In this document: piece after piece, positions 13,210 to 28,046 of the stretch
Layout: each line of letters opens with the position of its first letter
Numbering within the stretch: the stretch's first letter is position 1
From: Lingula anatina
Taxonomy: Eukaryota > Animalia > Brachiopoda
Direction of reading: 5' to 3'
NCBI GenBank assembly: GCA_051362555.1
Contig: CM120640.1
Location: forward strand, 1,054,001-1,118,000
Length of the DNA stretch: 64,000 bases
Position numbers and translations under genes: made by a program
The notes under the pieces: generated by a model
What the model was told of the DNA's origin: nothing
Seen by the model: the letters and a program-made list of their open reading frames with translations, nothing else
Database searches by the model: none

Positions 13210-13952
13210 TTAGGCCGATTATGACTGTATGTGTGTATGAAGCACATCTGATTATAATACCTATATATCACAGGTCCAACCATGGTCTGAAGACTTATCA
13301 CGGACACATTCAGATATTACGTATTGACATAGGGGTCTCTATGCGCATATCTAGAAATGAATTTCATTTACAGCCGGAAACGAAAAATATTCACTTTTCG
13401 TTCGTTCCACCATACGCAGAGTAACAGGTAGAGGTATGGATAAAGACAAGAATCTTATTTCGAAATTTTATTTAGTTAATGTGACAAACGCAGCAAAAAT
13501 ATGGTAGAGGTCAGATTAACCACTGATTAGCCTTTGCAACTGTTGCTGACTTGTTTTTTGAGTGTATTTGTTTTCAAAGGCACAAAGAAAGCACTTCTGG
13601 GCTCTACATGTATCTATATATTTTAATTTGAAAATGAAAATAGGAACTGGGTAGGGCAGTTAACTTTTGCTCTGTACTTAATGAGTAAATGCATTTGTTT
13701 AAATCAAACTCTCGCTCCACTAACAAGAGCTTCTTATAGATTCTAAATTTGCGACATAAATCAATAAAGACATATGCATGTATGTAAAACATGATTTAAA
13801 ATATAAATATCGCAAAAGAAAAAAATATTCTAATAAGGGTTATTTGGCACCAGTCCAGCAGCCGTCAATCTGGGTAGATGGAGTACAGCCGAGGAGGGCT
13901 GGATTTCTGTTCAGTTGTCAATTATCTGATTACTATGACTTCCAAATGAATA

Positions 13953-14002
<50 letters not shown>

Positions 14003-14021
14003 CTCGGGGGGGGGGGGGGGG
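13953..14021. repeat. Compound (CT)n(GT)n(G)n microsatellite
   Basis: Directly visible. Confidence 0.9.
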
Positions 14022-16883
14022 CGTTGTGTGTCTGTGTCGGTGGCGAAAATGTGTGCACGTGCCGGTTCGCTCTACACATTCGGCCGACAGAGGCACACCA
14101 TCCCTTTTCATGACACACACTAACACATGCCAGAGTTTGTTCGTTTACCCTCGTGCAAAGATAAAACATGGCGCTTCCTATGTGTCTACAAGGTTTAAGT
14201 GGCGTTGATAAAGCCCCAAGGAGGTAGTTAATGGAGATATAATGTGTGGACATGGTGAAGTGGAGAGATAGTTTCAATGATACCCTGACGATAACCTTCA
14301 TAATGTAAACTATGTTTAGATTGATCTTGTTGCTACCTCTACGTCTGTCAAGGAGGACCCCTGCCAGCTAGAGCTTCGGTAGGAGAAAATAAACAAAAAA
14401 CAGCATTTGCTTTATTTGCATAAACAGAAAGCACTTTTCGTCCGTGTGGTGTGCATATTACTTGGTTTATTTTAACTAACGTTAACATAAATCCTATAAC
14501 GATTGCATTGGACAGCAAGTAATAATGAAAAATTATAGTACATTAAACAATCACAGTACAAACGATGTTAAAAAGTTTTTAACCAAAAAGGGGACATATG
14601 GAGACAAGTGGCGTATTTAGTTCACTGCCTTGTATACAATCTGAAACTGGCAGCGAGGTCATATCTTTCCACGCGTCACACCTCGGATTTCCTCTTCCTT
14701 GTATCGTTATATGCCTACTGTATGTATCCTCCTCGCCGAAATTTGAATTGACGGCATTTATTTATTCATTCATAGTCTTCAAACGGAACCTTTATTAAGT
14801 TTATTGACCTCAGTTTATTGGCCGTGTACTAGAATATTATCTTGGGTGCATTCATGTATGTAGAATAGAGACACCTGGTGCCCATCTTAAAGTAGCACAC
14901 TTTGGGGTTTAAAGATACATGTACCTCTCCCAAGAATAGCAAAGTCAGACTTGAACATCACATCAGTCAGTAGCTTACCCGGTACCTTACCATGTCATAC
15001 TACCCGTAAACCACGTTCAGTGGATTAATACATTTTTCAAAATACATAAATTCCATTTTGCCAGAAATCACGTTGACGCTCTTTCTTTCTTTTAAAAACG
15101 AAAACGACCCAATGCATTGCTGATTCTTAATAACAGGTCTGCTTTTCAAACGCTGGGATATTAAGAAATTTTGGGTTATGACGTTACTCGCCATATTTGT
15201 TATTATCTATGTATTATCTAAGTTGACATATATCCGTTCGTCTTGTCATCGCGTTTAACCAATCTTATTATCACACTTAACAATTGACACCGTTGAACAC
15301 AATGGTTTTCTCCCTTTGTCCCAATTGTTTAATTTCTTGCTACACAAAAGCTTAACATCTTTTAAAGAAATGCCCAGTGACCGTTTTTTATGGAGAGGAT
15401 TGTGTCTTGAACATGTTTCATTCACCATTGGAACTCCAACGAAAAGAATGGCCAATTATTGAAAATGTCAGTCAATAAATTTATATATATTTTCCTCGTG
15501 TCAACTGCCTTCGACAGTCAGGCAGCTAAAACGAAAAAGGCGATATGAATGTCATATGTCAATGAGTTTATTACAAAAACCACATTCTTAAAAAACAATA
15601 TACTAACTTCGAATGTCATTCACCAATTATAAGTATGGGAAAATTGTCGTTCACCCTAAAAAAATTCGTTTTGTGACCATTTTCCCGCGTAAATGAAGAA
15701 TCAGCGCCCCTGCAAGAAAATATTTGACAGGATGTCTTCAACGTAAACTAATATTTTGTACATTTGTCACTGAAGGGAATGTAATACTGGTTAGTTAAGT
15801 TAGATAACGGTCAGATAGGCGTATCTCTATATCTCGGGGGTCATAATAGGTTATCGTGCATTGTGACAAAGGTGTGAATCAATTTCATAATAATTTTCAT
15901 GTGTGCATTACATGTAGATTGTTGCCCTTATAAACATTGTGTCTAATCGGGCTGGGTAGGTCTATTGTCCGGCGTATCAATCGAGCAACAAATGCCAATT
16001 GTTGTGACCACCTCATCAGTTGTAAATGTTGCCTTGCTGCGTTTGCATAGAGTTTCTTTCCGGTATTTGGATGCATTGCTCTGTGTTACGGTCCACGTTG
16101 ACCAATACCACTTCGCCTACACCATAGTAGCCAACGCCTATACCATGAGATACTTCTTACCATCTTACGCGTCCATCACTTCTGACAACGGTCAACCTGC
16201 CTCAATCTAAAAGCAGTATCACTCCCCTTTTGTTGGCGAGTGTCTAGGCAAGAGCTCTGGTATACCATCTGGCATGTAGACGGCAAGCTTTCCCATGTGG
16301 CTGTTTGTGTTTGGTAATGATGTTTTCTAACCCTCTGAATGGTTGTCGTGGACCAACCCAACCTTCTGGCAAATCGGCTGATCAAACTCCCTCCTACATG
16401 TACATGTACGTCAGCCAATCGGTTAAAATATGTTCTTCACTCATAGAGGAAATACATATTAAATATATAATTGGTGTTCGTATATCTCAAAGGTTACGCT
16501 ATAGGTCACTGTTTTATGGTCGGCTGCCTAGTTGCTCCATGTATGCAATAATAAGATTATAGACAGAGCACTAAATACCATAGTTTTGTAACTTAATAAT
16601 TGTAACAGTAACAAAAAATTATGGTAAAATAGCTGTCTACCGATCACATTATTCTACACTGTGATGAAAACGTAATAGTTCTTTGTTAATATCATTTATC
16701 CAGATGTTATTTTTAAAAAATTAAATAACTTGAGAACCATTGAATCTTGTTACAATATGACTCTTACGAGAACAATCAAGAACAATATTCTCAAAGCAGA
16801 AAATGAGGCTATACGTTCAGGTTACGGGGGCACGACATTGACGGTAGTGCCCATCATCACTTTCTTGTCTACAGAATACACAT

Positions 16884-19800
16884 TTAACTCCTGATTTGTG
16901 TAAAATCTACGGTGTCATATATTTCAACAATTCCTTCTTCAATGGAATGACAGCGGGTGACATTTACGGATGTTTCTTCAGATATTAGATCTAGTCGAGG
17001 GAGAACGCTTTCATCAAGATGATTGCAGAAATGGCGATTGCCTGAAATGAGTAGTGTTTAAATGAATTTATCATCCTACACGTTTTTAGTATATGCAGTA
17101 TATCATACAGGTCCGTAGTTTGAGATTAACAAAGAAAATAAAACTTTAGGCATCTTAATCACTTTTACCTGTGACTGACGTCATTCCACCATGTTCTCTT
17201 GTAGCCGTATCTGCCAATACTTTGATATACATTGGGTTCAGCACTGTGCTGGAAATGCTTTCTCTCATTCTACGGTGCTTATTGTATCCGGTTTTACTGA
17301 AATTTATGAAAATGTTTAGTTTTATTATCACATTCACAGGCAAAGTGCACGCAATACGCGCTTACGTAATTAAAATGTATATTAAAGCATTATATGGGGA
17401 CGATATTTACGCCAAACATTATAACCGGATCTCTAAAACGTACATGTTGTTATCATCAAATCCTATTTTTAAAAAATTGATGTCTATCAGATATGGTTTT
17501 TAAAAGGTATTTATCAATTATAGCACTTTATATCATATTTTCAATTTTGATTTCAATACAAAATCTATGATGCAATCTAACGCAAAGAAAGGAAATAATT
17601 AGAGATTACCCTTTCCCTCCTCGGACTATCGCCAGCATCACACAGCAAACGATACCCAGAGCCAATGCAACTATTCCAGCTATGATGATCCACAGGATAT
17701 CTTAATGAACAGTTTAAGAGACAAAATTGAACACGTGAATGGCCCTTAAACCGTACCGTGTACATTTCGTATAGCCTTCATATCCTTGGATTGTTTTTTG
17801 TTTTGTGAATAACAGATCACGAAATACATTGATTAGTATTACGTGAATATGTCACATTTAAACATGTGGTACAAAACCGCTTTAAAAAGAACTAAAACCT
17901 TACAAATATCATTTTAAGTTTACCATTATTAAAAGCTTGCTTCATTGTTTGGGTGGTATTGTAATGAGTAAAATTCATCAGAAAAAGGTTTGCTAAAATA
18001 TAGATTATTTGTCAATAACCAAATATTTTCCTTTGCGTGTTCCGGTCTCAAAATATTGCGGTTCCAAAAAAGGTGTTCTATGTTGATGTGACGAAAACAT
18101 CTGAGACGAGTGTAGCTGAAGATCTATTTATACTACTGCAACCCTTGTTGTTCAGTGACTTACTCTTGAAATCCCGTCTTTCTGTCCGGTCATTTTTGCC
18201 TTCTTGTGAAGTAAAACCTAAAAAAAATCATTTCATAGCATTCAGTGTCGCAAGGAAGACTATTCAATAATACACTGCAGAAAAGCTCAAGTATTTCGTT
18301 CTAGCATGTTTCATGTATAGGAAACTGTGAAACTGGTTAACAAAAGATGCAAAGAAAAAACAGTTTACGGAAAGTGTATCGTTTACCCATTAGGAACCAT
18401 CTATAGCACCCCCTTTTTCTTTCACAAAGTGTAAAAAATATTCACCCCTTTCTAATACAATTATACTCCTTATTGGTGCAAATAATAACACTGGTCAGTT
18501 TTCGTTTTCTACTCTGTATCGTTACTTACCTATTTATTAACTTTCCATTAGTATTTAATAGTGACTACTTTTACATCGTGTATCTTCATTAAAATTGTTG
18601 AAACAAGATCCGTTTCGTTAACTAGACATTTTCCTCGTTTTCTTGCCCACTCAAATCTACGTAATTACATGAAATTTAAAGTGAATTAGAGACATCGGTT
18701 TAGACATAAACATTTTCATCCTTTCTATTTACATATCTTAGCATATTTACCCGTGCAAGATGGAGGTTCGGAACTCCAACTCCCGTTATTCATGCAAACT
18801 GCTGTTGAACTCCCTGCCAGCACCAAGTCTCCATCGCTACAGCTGTATGTTAAAGTGCTGCCAAATACCAAGGTATCGTACTTAACTGCGACCTTGTCTG
18901 GTAACTCTGGCAGCTGACATTTTACGACTGGAAAAGTAAAAATGAAAAGTGAACTACGTTTTTCTTCCTAAATTTCTGAAAAAAAAGTCATCTTATTTTT
19001 TTTATCTCATTAACGCTTCTTATCTTTTACTACATATTTTACTACTTAACAAAGGCTAAATACGATAAAAATGATAATTTGCTGACGATCGAATAACGTG
19101 AACAGATTTAAAAACCGTATGCGAATAATGATGGTCTCTTACAAAAATATACATTTATACTGGTGTTTTAATGTTTTATTGATAATTCATTTGAATTTAT
19201 CCAGGAAATAAAATTTAAATCCACATTTTATACAAACTTAGTGATACTTAATGCCATCTACAGAATATTTTGTATACGTATTTTTTAAAATTCAGTGTAA
19301 ACTATTTCTGTAAAGTCTTAAACAAGTAAAAATCTAATAAACCATTTTACTATTAATTGTTTGAGTTCTGACCATGACGATATCATAGTGCAACAATAAC
19401 TATCCATTAAATTTTGTAATCTTTTCCAAGATAAAAAACACGTGACACATACTTAAACAAACATGGCCCTCTCCATTATATCCAGTATTGCATGTGCATT
19501 TGAAGCCGCCATTGGTATTGGTACAGCTAGCTGAGGAGCTGCAGTTGTTGGTAGTTTTGCATTCATCAATATCATTACATTTGTAGCCATCACCAGTGTA
19601 ACCAGAATTACAAGAGCAGGTATAGCCACCATTCGTATTGGTACAGCTAGATGAGGAGCTGCAGTTGTTGGTAGTTTTGCATTCATCAATATCATTACAT
19701 TTGTAGCCATCACCAGTGTAACCAGAATTACAAGAGCAGGTATAGCCACCATTCGTATTGGTACAGCTAGCTGAGGAGCTGCAGTTGCTGGTTGTTTTGC

Positions 19801-21756
19801 ATTCATCAATATCATTACAAGTGTAGCCATCACCGGTGTAGCCAGGATTACAAGTGCAGGTATAGCCACCATAGGTATTGGTACAGATAGCCGAGGAGCT
19901 GCAGTTGTTGGTTGTTTGGCATTCATCAATATCATTACAGTTGTAGCCATCGCCGGTGTAGCCAGAATTACAAGAGCAGGTATAGCCACCATCGGTATTG
20001 GTACAGCTAGCTGAGGAGCTGCAGTTGTTGGTTGTTTGGCATTCATCAATGTCATTACAGTTATAGCCATCAACAGTGTAGCCAGAATTACAAGAGCAGG
20101 TATAGCCACCATCGGTATTGGTACAGCTAGCTGAGGAGCTGCAGTTGTTGGTTGTTTGGCATTCATCAATGTCATTACAGTTATAGCCATCACCAGTGTA
20201 GCCAGAATTACAAGAGCAGGTAAAACTACCGGGTAAATCTGTGCAGTTTGCGTGTTGACTACAGTTGTGGGATCCCATGGTACACTCGTTGACGTCTGAA
20301 ATAAAAAATAGTTAAAACTGTTTTATTCCCAATCACGTTTATTAAAATAGATTCTGATAAAACAATATTTTAAATTATTTGTTTCTTAATAATTGTACTA
20401 CAACTCTACCATTTTGCCGACTTTGCCACTTTCTTTACGATATATGCTCCCAATGAAAAATTGAAAAGGGGATAAATAAAGACAATGTTAACTAATATAG
20501 TTTTATGTTTAGAGTGTTTCAAAAATATCGCTGAAGGCCTTCAACATTATCATTGTGTCACTGGGCCGAGCTGTACTATCCAAAGCTAAATGGCAAGTAT
20601 CTTTACTTAAGGGCTCAAGAATCAGGGAGACAATAGGACAACACCTGCAGCACAACAAAAACCGACAAAGAAAAAATATGTCAACAATTCACCAACAGAA
20701 GGCACTATAGTGACACGGGTTACGTAACAACCAAATTCGTTTGGTAAAGATCTGTTGGCAACCCTTACTGATACTTAAGTGGAACCCAAGACCATCCTTA
20801 ACTGTTGGCTGGAGGGTACTCGACTTACTTGAGCAACCTGCTGTCATATTCCACTTTCCACTTGGAAGACAAACTATGGAAAAACTACTGTCTCCGTTCA
20901 TGTGGTAGCCATCTTCACAGACATAACTAGAACTGATTATGTCTGACTTCACCAGTTTACTGTGCTCTAGGTGGATCTCAGGGCATCTGGGACCTATGGA
21001 GTATACTTGTGCATGTAAAAGCGATGGCAGAGCTTACTCCTACTCTTGTAATTTTAGTTTTATTATTATTTGAGATAAGCATACTTTAATGCTAATTTTA
21101 AATAATGATTATAATAGGGACCTTTTGGCGAACAATTTTATTTCAATCAATATGTCGTAATGAAAATAAAATACTAATACAAGTATTGTTTTTTTTTTTA
21201 ATTTAGGGAAATGAATTTTACATTTAATGATTGATGAAACTTACATGCCAATAAGTCAAAGAGTGAGAAAGAGTAAAATCATAGAACTTATGAAAAGTAA
21301 GAGACAGCAACAAGAAAGAAAAGTTATCACTCTCTCATGACTAGGTAATGGAAAATATGTATTAATACAAATTACCAACTAATTGATTGTCACAACATTA
21401 TCTAATTTAGCATTAACAATTCTTTGATTGAAAGCTAACAATGGGAGTTGTAAAAATGCATAATGACAGATATTATGAAAGAGCGCAAAACATCACATTA
21501 TAACCAAAAAGGGGAATGTTAATAGATTGACTGATAGCATAGAAAGGAAAGATGTGAAAAAATACAGATGATATTTTATAATTTGAATGTGGAATGATAA
21601 GTTAAAAAGTAGATTTAAAATCAGAATACAAAAAAATTTGGGTACCCAAATAGTGTATGTTCTCCTTACTATTACAGAGTGGTAAAAAGTACTTTACCAC
21701 ATTACTAATGAAGTGATAAATTAATTTTTATGAGATTTGATCTATTCTTTTATTAT

Positions 21757-21793
<37 letters not shown>

Positions 21794-24563
21794 CTCAAAT
21801 GCGGATATTTGTTGAAATAAAAGAACCACTCCTGACACATGTAATAGTTTATTTCTGAGGCAACCCCAGTGACCCATCTGAAGTCTCTTGTCCAAGCAAG
21901 CTTCACTGTGTTGCCAGCATTTGCTTGTTGGGTTCCATGTGAGTCCCAGTTGAAATAATCTAACTGCTTACCTAAAAAATATACATGTATATTGAGGAGA
22001 ATTATGCAATACTGCAATAAAGTTCATATACGGGCATAATCGTATTTATAATCTAAAAAGGAAAATAAAATACATTTTTACTATGTTCAATAATTGGAAG
22101 AGTGACGAGGGGGAGTCACCTGAAAATGATGTGATTTGGATCGCGCAAAAGTGTAAGATTTGTATGACCATGACAAACACACATTTAGCTAAATGACATT
22201 TATTGAAGGTGGGGCTGGATTTGCGCTGCTTCCCATCAAATGGAGTTTTTTTAAGAGGATACTAGAAGAAAGAGAGGAAATGAGGAACGACAGGAGAGAA
22301 AGAAAGACAGAATACTCTAACCTACAAAACTGCAATAAAACCGGAAAACTTGGGAAACGAAAAGTGTAACTTTCAGCTGGACTTGGGAATGAATTATGTC
22401 TTTACTCCAGCTGTATTCAGGCAGAACCTTTTTGGTGGCACGTGACCTGAGTACTTACCAGTAATTGGATGCATACTATTTACTGAACAGGATAATGCTT
22501 ATCAGACGACTGCCTCACGCAGGGTTCTTTGTCTTATAAACCCAATTATCACTTGGGCTATAATTGGTAATTTCTATGGATAAACATACCATTTTCCCAA
22601 ACCCATGTGTAAGGTTCTGCTGTGTTCCATACGGCGTCCAGCCAGTAGTTTCCAGCGTAATGCCACTTGTCCCTCACGCTTTCTGCTTTAATATGGCTGA
22701 CTAGAGCATTTTGTGTGGACTGGTTTTCGATATGTGCGAGCCTTGCTCCTCTGTTGAGACATAGGCTGTTTGCCTGTTCCCAAGTGTATCCATCTTCGTC
22801 TCCTGAGCCCGGGTAAACTTCCAGACAAAAACATGACCCATTGTGAAATACGCCCGATCCACAGTTAGTTACTTCAGAACAGCTCTGAACGTTGGCTGAA
22901 ATATAGCACAATTTTTCTTTGTTAGGAGTGAAAACATAAACCTATCGCTCTGAAAATCAGTCTAGCTATCTAAAACACTACTGTAAACTTTGCATAATAG
23001 GATACTTTCCACATTAAGGCAACGCTAGTTTTAAGTACAGGGGCAAAAATCAAACGGCAACACTTACTAAATTCACAAAGGGCGTTGGATTTTTCAAAAT
23101 GGGAATCCTTAAGATTAAACATAAATCTTGTGGTTCCACGTTCGTCGTTCCACTTGTAATCAAAGTCTCTCCACAGCATGACGCGGTCCTCCACTCCCCC
23201 GCTGAAATTGGGCTCTCCGGGCCCCCACGCCGCCCAGGGGAGGGGCTGATCGTCTGAAGTAAAAATTGTTTTTACATGTACACACTCTTGGTCAAAAATG
23301 TTATTAGACACGTAATCTTTAGCACGCGCATTCCGGTGCTATTTGTGTGTAGATATGGTAACATTTGGTGGCTCTTTTCAATCTAATCGAAATTTCTTAG
23401 CCTCTGTAGAAATTACGATGGAACATCGGCTTTGAAGGGATACATGATATAAATTTGAATAAAGTGTATAAAATTCAATTTAATATATTATTAATATCCC
23501 CACGGTATTTTGCATTTTCTGTACACCATGAGTCAGATTGAAAATGGATTTTGGAATAAAAAGCACTGTTCCTAAAATTTACACCTGTGAGGCTCGGACA
23601 TAATAACGTTATTATATCCAAGTGTGAGGTTATGATTTGTAAACAAAAGAGCGTATGCAAGGCATGGACATATGATTCTCTCTCACACATATACATGTAG
23701 GTACACACTTACATGTATATACGTATTGTAATTTGAAGATTTTCTAAATGTTTTCCACAGTTGTGCTTCACTTAAAGTGGCACTTTTAATCTGAATATGC
23801 TTATTAAAGTTTTCAAAAGACATGAAGTGTCTTCATCAAAATAGTATTTCTTATATCTTCCTTTTAATACAAGGCATGACATTCGAATATTTTTCTTTGG
23901 TTATTCTTACTCGTCGAGGAATTAATAACCAAGAGTTATTTTTGGTGACTCGTTTCAGGTTCCTTCCCAGCGCTTATCAAACAAACTGTTCACTGACCGT
24001 CTGGGCAAGAAGTTATTTTTTCTCTCTTTTTCTTCTTTCTGGGGCTATAACAAAAATCCATTAAAATGATAAAACCTACCGTCGTACCAGCGCCATTTCT
24101 TTGTGGACGAGGCACCGATCCATACGTCGAATTTTAATCCCTCTCCCTTTAAAAAGCGTTCCCTCACGAAGTCATCTGATTTCTTGTTGTCTATAACCAC
24201 CAAGGTTCCATTTCTAGATTTGCAATCATTCCCAGCGTCCGCCCAAGACTTCAGTTCTTTAAACAGCTGAAAACACTTGGAGTTGAAATAAACTGCATCA
24301 GGTCCCTGACAAAGCTGGCCGCCTGGTAGAAACAAAGAAATGTGCTTAATGTACTGTACTTTCGACACAACAAACTTATTTTCTGCTGGTAAGTGTTCAC
24401 TCAATTAAAACTGAAAAACGTACTATTATTGGATTAAAGCGCTTCAAGACACAACATTTAAGAAATTATATCCAAAGATGTTCTTACCTACACGGACAGT
24501 GCAAAGTATCAGCAAAGCAGCAGTCAACAGTAACATATGGTTCTGCATGTTGGAAACAATCAT
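16884..24563 (-). CDS. Gene B: signal - 2x CTLD - sushi - 7 cbEGF - sushi - TM - NPMY/YDTV tail; exon-5 donor damaged (possible secreted form or pseudogene)
   Basis: Exons: 24488-24563; 24080-24322; 23068-23253; 22590-22895; ~21830-21971 (donor lost); 20829-20993; 19453-20295; 18751-18927; 18164-18217 (54-nt linker); 17610-17700 TM ILWIIIAGIVALALGIVCCVMLAIV; 17169-17296 (VLNPMY); 16884-17041 (..EIYDTVDFTQIRS*). Confidence 0.82.
19453..20295 (-). repeat. Single-exon array of 7 cbEGF units (gene B)
   Basis: 843 nt = 7x120+3; same unit as gene A. Confidence 0.96.
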
Positions 24564-26285
24564 CTATTCGGCCGATTGTGTATGTGTGTATAAAGCACAT
24601 CTGATTATAATTCATATATATCACAGGTCCAACCATGGCCTGAAGACTTATCACGGACATATTCAGATATCAAGTATTGGTGCACGTTTTACTACATGTA
24701 TAAGTAATTTCCAGGGGAATATGCTATCCAGAAATGAATTTCATCTACAGCTAGTCGATATCAGTGAACCAGTGAACTTAAAAGAGTCGATTTTCCATCA
24801 TTAATTTATTTTTCTTTGTGCTGCATCAAATGTTATATAGCAGACGCGTTTCGTTGACAAACAGTGACAAACGCGCATAGATATTCATCTAAAATTAGCT
24901 AGGTTTGTTAAACACAAATACCTAACCGATTTATATATATATTATAGTTCTTGGTGCCCAAGCTCTGCATTTGTTTTGTTTGATACAACTGACCATCCAT
25001 GAGAGGTGAAGAAATGTCGTTCATTTCATTTATTAATTTATTTTCAATCGGTAAGTTTAATACTTAAAATTTCCGTTTGAACCAGCAATTTGAACAGATG
25101 TTTTAAAGCATCGTTAAACGCCTTTAAGACCTCTTGCCGCTTTTTTTCTTTGATGTTAAAACTAAACCTACCCATGTAACCTTTTGTTTAAGTTTTTGAT
25201 AACGATGAAACAAAGGATAATTATCGAAATCACAAAAGTTGTGATAGTTATTGTAACTCTGGTATTCTACCAATATCAGATACAGTATGTCAATATCAAA
25301 AGGTACAACGTCAAAATGGCGATATTTTCTTTGATGAAAAACGTAAGCACGCCAAGAGCTCCGATAATAGAAATATTTGCTTTCGAGATTGCTGTATATT
25401 ATAAATGCAAAATTTTTATTAACATTATTTGAAATTGTTTGAAGAAGCGTAACAAATGAAGAAAGCATTTTAAATGTGCATTATACAATGTTATTAATTT
25501 CACAGTATATCATCTTTAATATCTTTAAAAGCAGCCCAAATGTGTACCTCAGTACGCACAAAGGTATGCGAGATGCACAAGTTATTTGGTTTAACCGCAT
25601 CTGGCATGCGAACAACAGTAAAAATACTTGCTTCACGCTACTTTCTATCAGCCATATCATTGCCATACATCCAACACAAAATACCTAGAAACTCCAAGTT
25701 AAAGCATTGATGGTCCATCCTCACAAAAAATCATCACAGGCAAGAAATTAATGTTTTGTACTGAGAACAGCCAAGTTAATTACAACACAATTTAAAGTAA
25801 TTCTCATAAGCCAGTCTGTGCCGCATCAATGGTCATCCGAATGAACGCTAATCTTGCAGTAATCGTACACTTGAGAATCTTGGTCTTGGAGCGGGGGTGG
25901 AGACGTTCGAGGCTCATCTTGGAATGGGCTTCCCCCTGGTGAGGAAAAATGTTAAGATCACATAAAACACCTCGGTAATAACAAGCACTGCCCCATCCAG
26001 AGGCAATATTTTGAGGGTTTTTTTCCTCCATATTGGATCAACTACTTGATAACTGACACAGGCCTACACCGAAACATGACAGATAACCAAACAGATGGAT
26101 ATTACAAGAACGAATGCCCTACATTATTAATTAATAAGACACAGCTCCCATTTTTCTCATACAATGTATATTACTAACCTCAAAGCACTGACTCTTCATA
26201 AAACATAATTTTCATCACTGCATATCATGCCATGCTATTTTATCTAGAAATTTATCAATTGTATTTTTCCATAATCTTACTGTAC

Positions 26286-28007
26286 CTGTAGAAGCCGGTA
26301 AAGTGTAGTCCATATAGTCTGGGCTGTCTGAGAGACCCCTATTATAAAGAGGGTTGTCTCTTATAGTGTATACGTTTTCTTTCAACAGAGATTGTTTAGG
26401 TGGATTGGCAATCCTGGAAAGCGTTATATAATTAAACTGATTAAATATACTATTTCAGGGAAATATTTTCAAATGTTATTCGATATAATTATTTCGTTTT
26501 AGATACATGCATTTGAATGGATGAATCATTTTACTAACTCAGCCACCTGGTAAATTTGTTTAAATGTATAGATTATATGTGTTTAATCTTTTGGGACGAT
26601 TCATAATCTGTGCTTAATATCATGGACCGCCAAAAACATGTAGATGCAGTAACTTGTAGATAGGAAAACCATAAAAATGTATCTTAATCCCCTTGAACAA
26701 TATGAATCACTATTTAGATTAAATGTATAGATAACATTTATAACCTTGTTTTCATTTCAATCTCTCACCTGTATCTTTTGTATATTAGCCAGGCCAGGGT
26801 AAAAACCGCCACAACCCCAACAACGGGAACGCCAAAGGTTGCAAACAGCTCCCAGGCTGAGAAAGGAGCAAATGTTCAATATAACGATGACGTAATTACA
26901 TCAAGAGTCGGCAAACCGATGTAAAAAATGTTTAGAAAAAATCATTTTATTATTTAAGTGTTCTCTGAATATTTTAATATTTTTTAAAAATTACGGTACA
27001 ATTATCACAGTTAATGACAAGCATACCTTGACAGTTACAAAGACACTCTATCGTCGTTTTTTAAAAGCTACTATGGTTAATCCCTATTATCTGTTTAGTG
27101 TTTCAAAATTGTTTTTTTAACATCATCTTAAAATTACGGAAGCCGACTGGTGTCATGTTCAAAAACATTTACTCTCGAAATTTCGAGGAAGTATTTTGAA
27201 ATTTGGACAAAAAAATTATCTCGAAATTTCGAGGTTGTATTTTGAAATTTAGGCAAAACTATTTTATCTCGAAATTTCGACATAGCTATCTCGAGATAAT
27301 TGTGTCGAAATTTCGTGATACTAACCCAAATTTTGAGACAATATTTTCTTGTCTACATTTCAAAATACTACCTCGAAAGTTCGAGATAATAATTTTTTAA
27401 CATGACACCAGTCGACTTCCGTTTAAAATTAAGCTCAGTGACCGTTGATATGTTTCATTAAGATATCGATATATAAATATTACAATGATTTTTTAATAGC
27501 AGAGCGTTAATGTAAATAAAAAAAACTTACCGAGAAAATGTAGACTTCCACTGTAAACAAAGGCATTTTCAGACCCCTGCGTTGTGCGGGATAATTTGCC
27601 TGGCAAAAATAATAAAGCATTAAAAAAATCTTGTGCTTAAATCATTGTTCATTGTTGTGGTGTTCAATACATTGATGTTGTTAAGTAACGCTTAATGAGA
27701 AATTGAGAACTTCTTCTAGCAATACTGTGTAAGGAGAATTTGGGGATTTCTGAATGGAATTAACCCTGCGCAAAACTGTTCAGTTGATCCCCTGATGAAG
27801 ACTGAGGAAGTTGACCGTAAAAAAGGCTCCCCTCAGTTGTAATAATAATAATAATAATAATAAGATTCTTATATGGCGCCTTACATTCTATCTCAAGGCG
27901 CCTTACAATAATGGCTAATATACTAAAATCATTAAAATGACTACAATATTTTAATCATAAACTCTCATTGGAAACCATTTAAAATTTACACTACTAAAAA
28001 TCAATCC

Positions 28008-28046
<39 letters not shown>

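Noticed and set aside
18530-18656. Possible extra exon of gene B (tag..g|gtaag)
   Set aside because: 127 nt with stops in all three frames; at most a decayed exon.
25804-26063. Candidate last exon of gene C
   Set aside because: The phase-1 reading stops after a few codons and lacks the G-x-R-P-F start; left unresolved.
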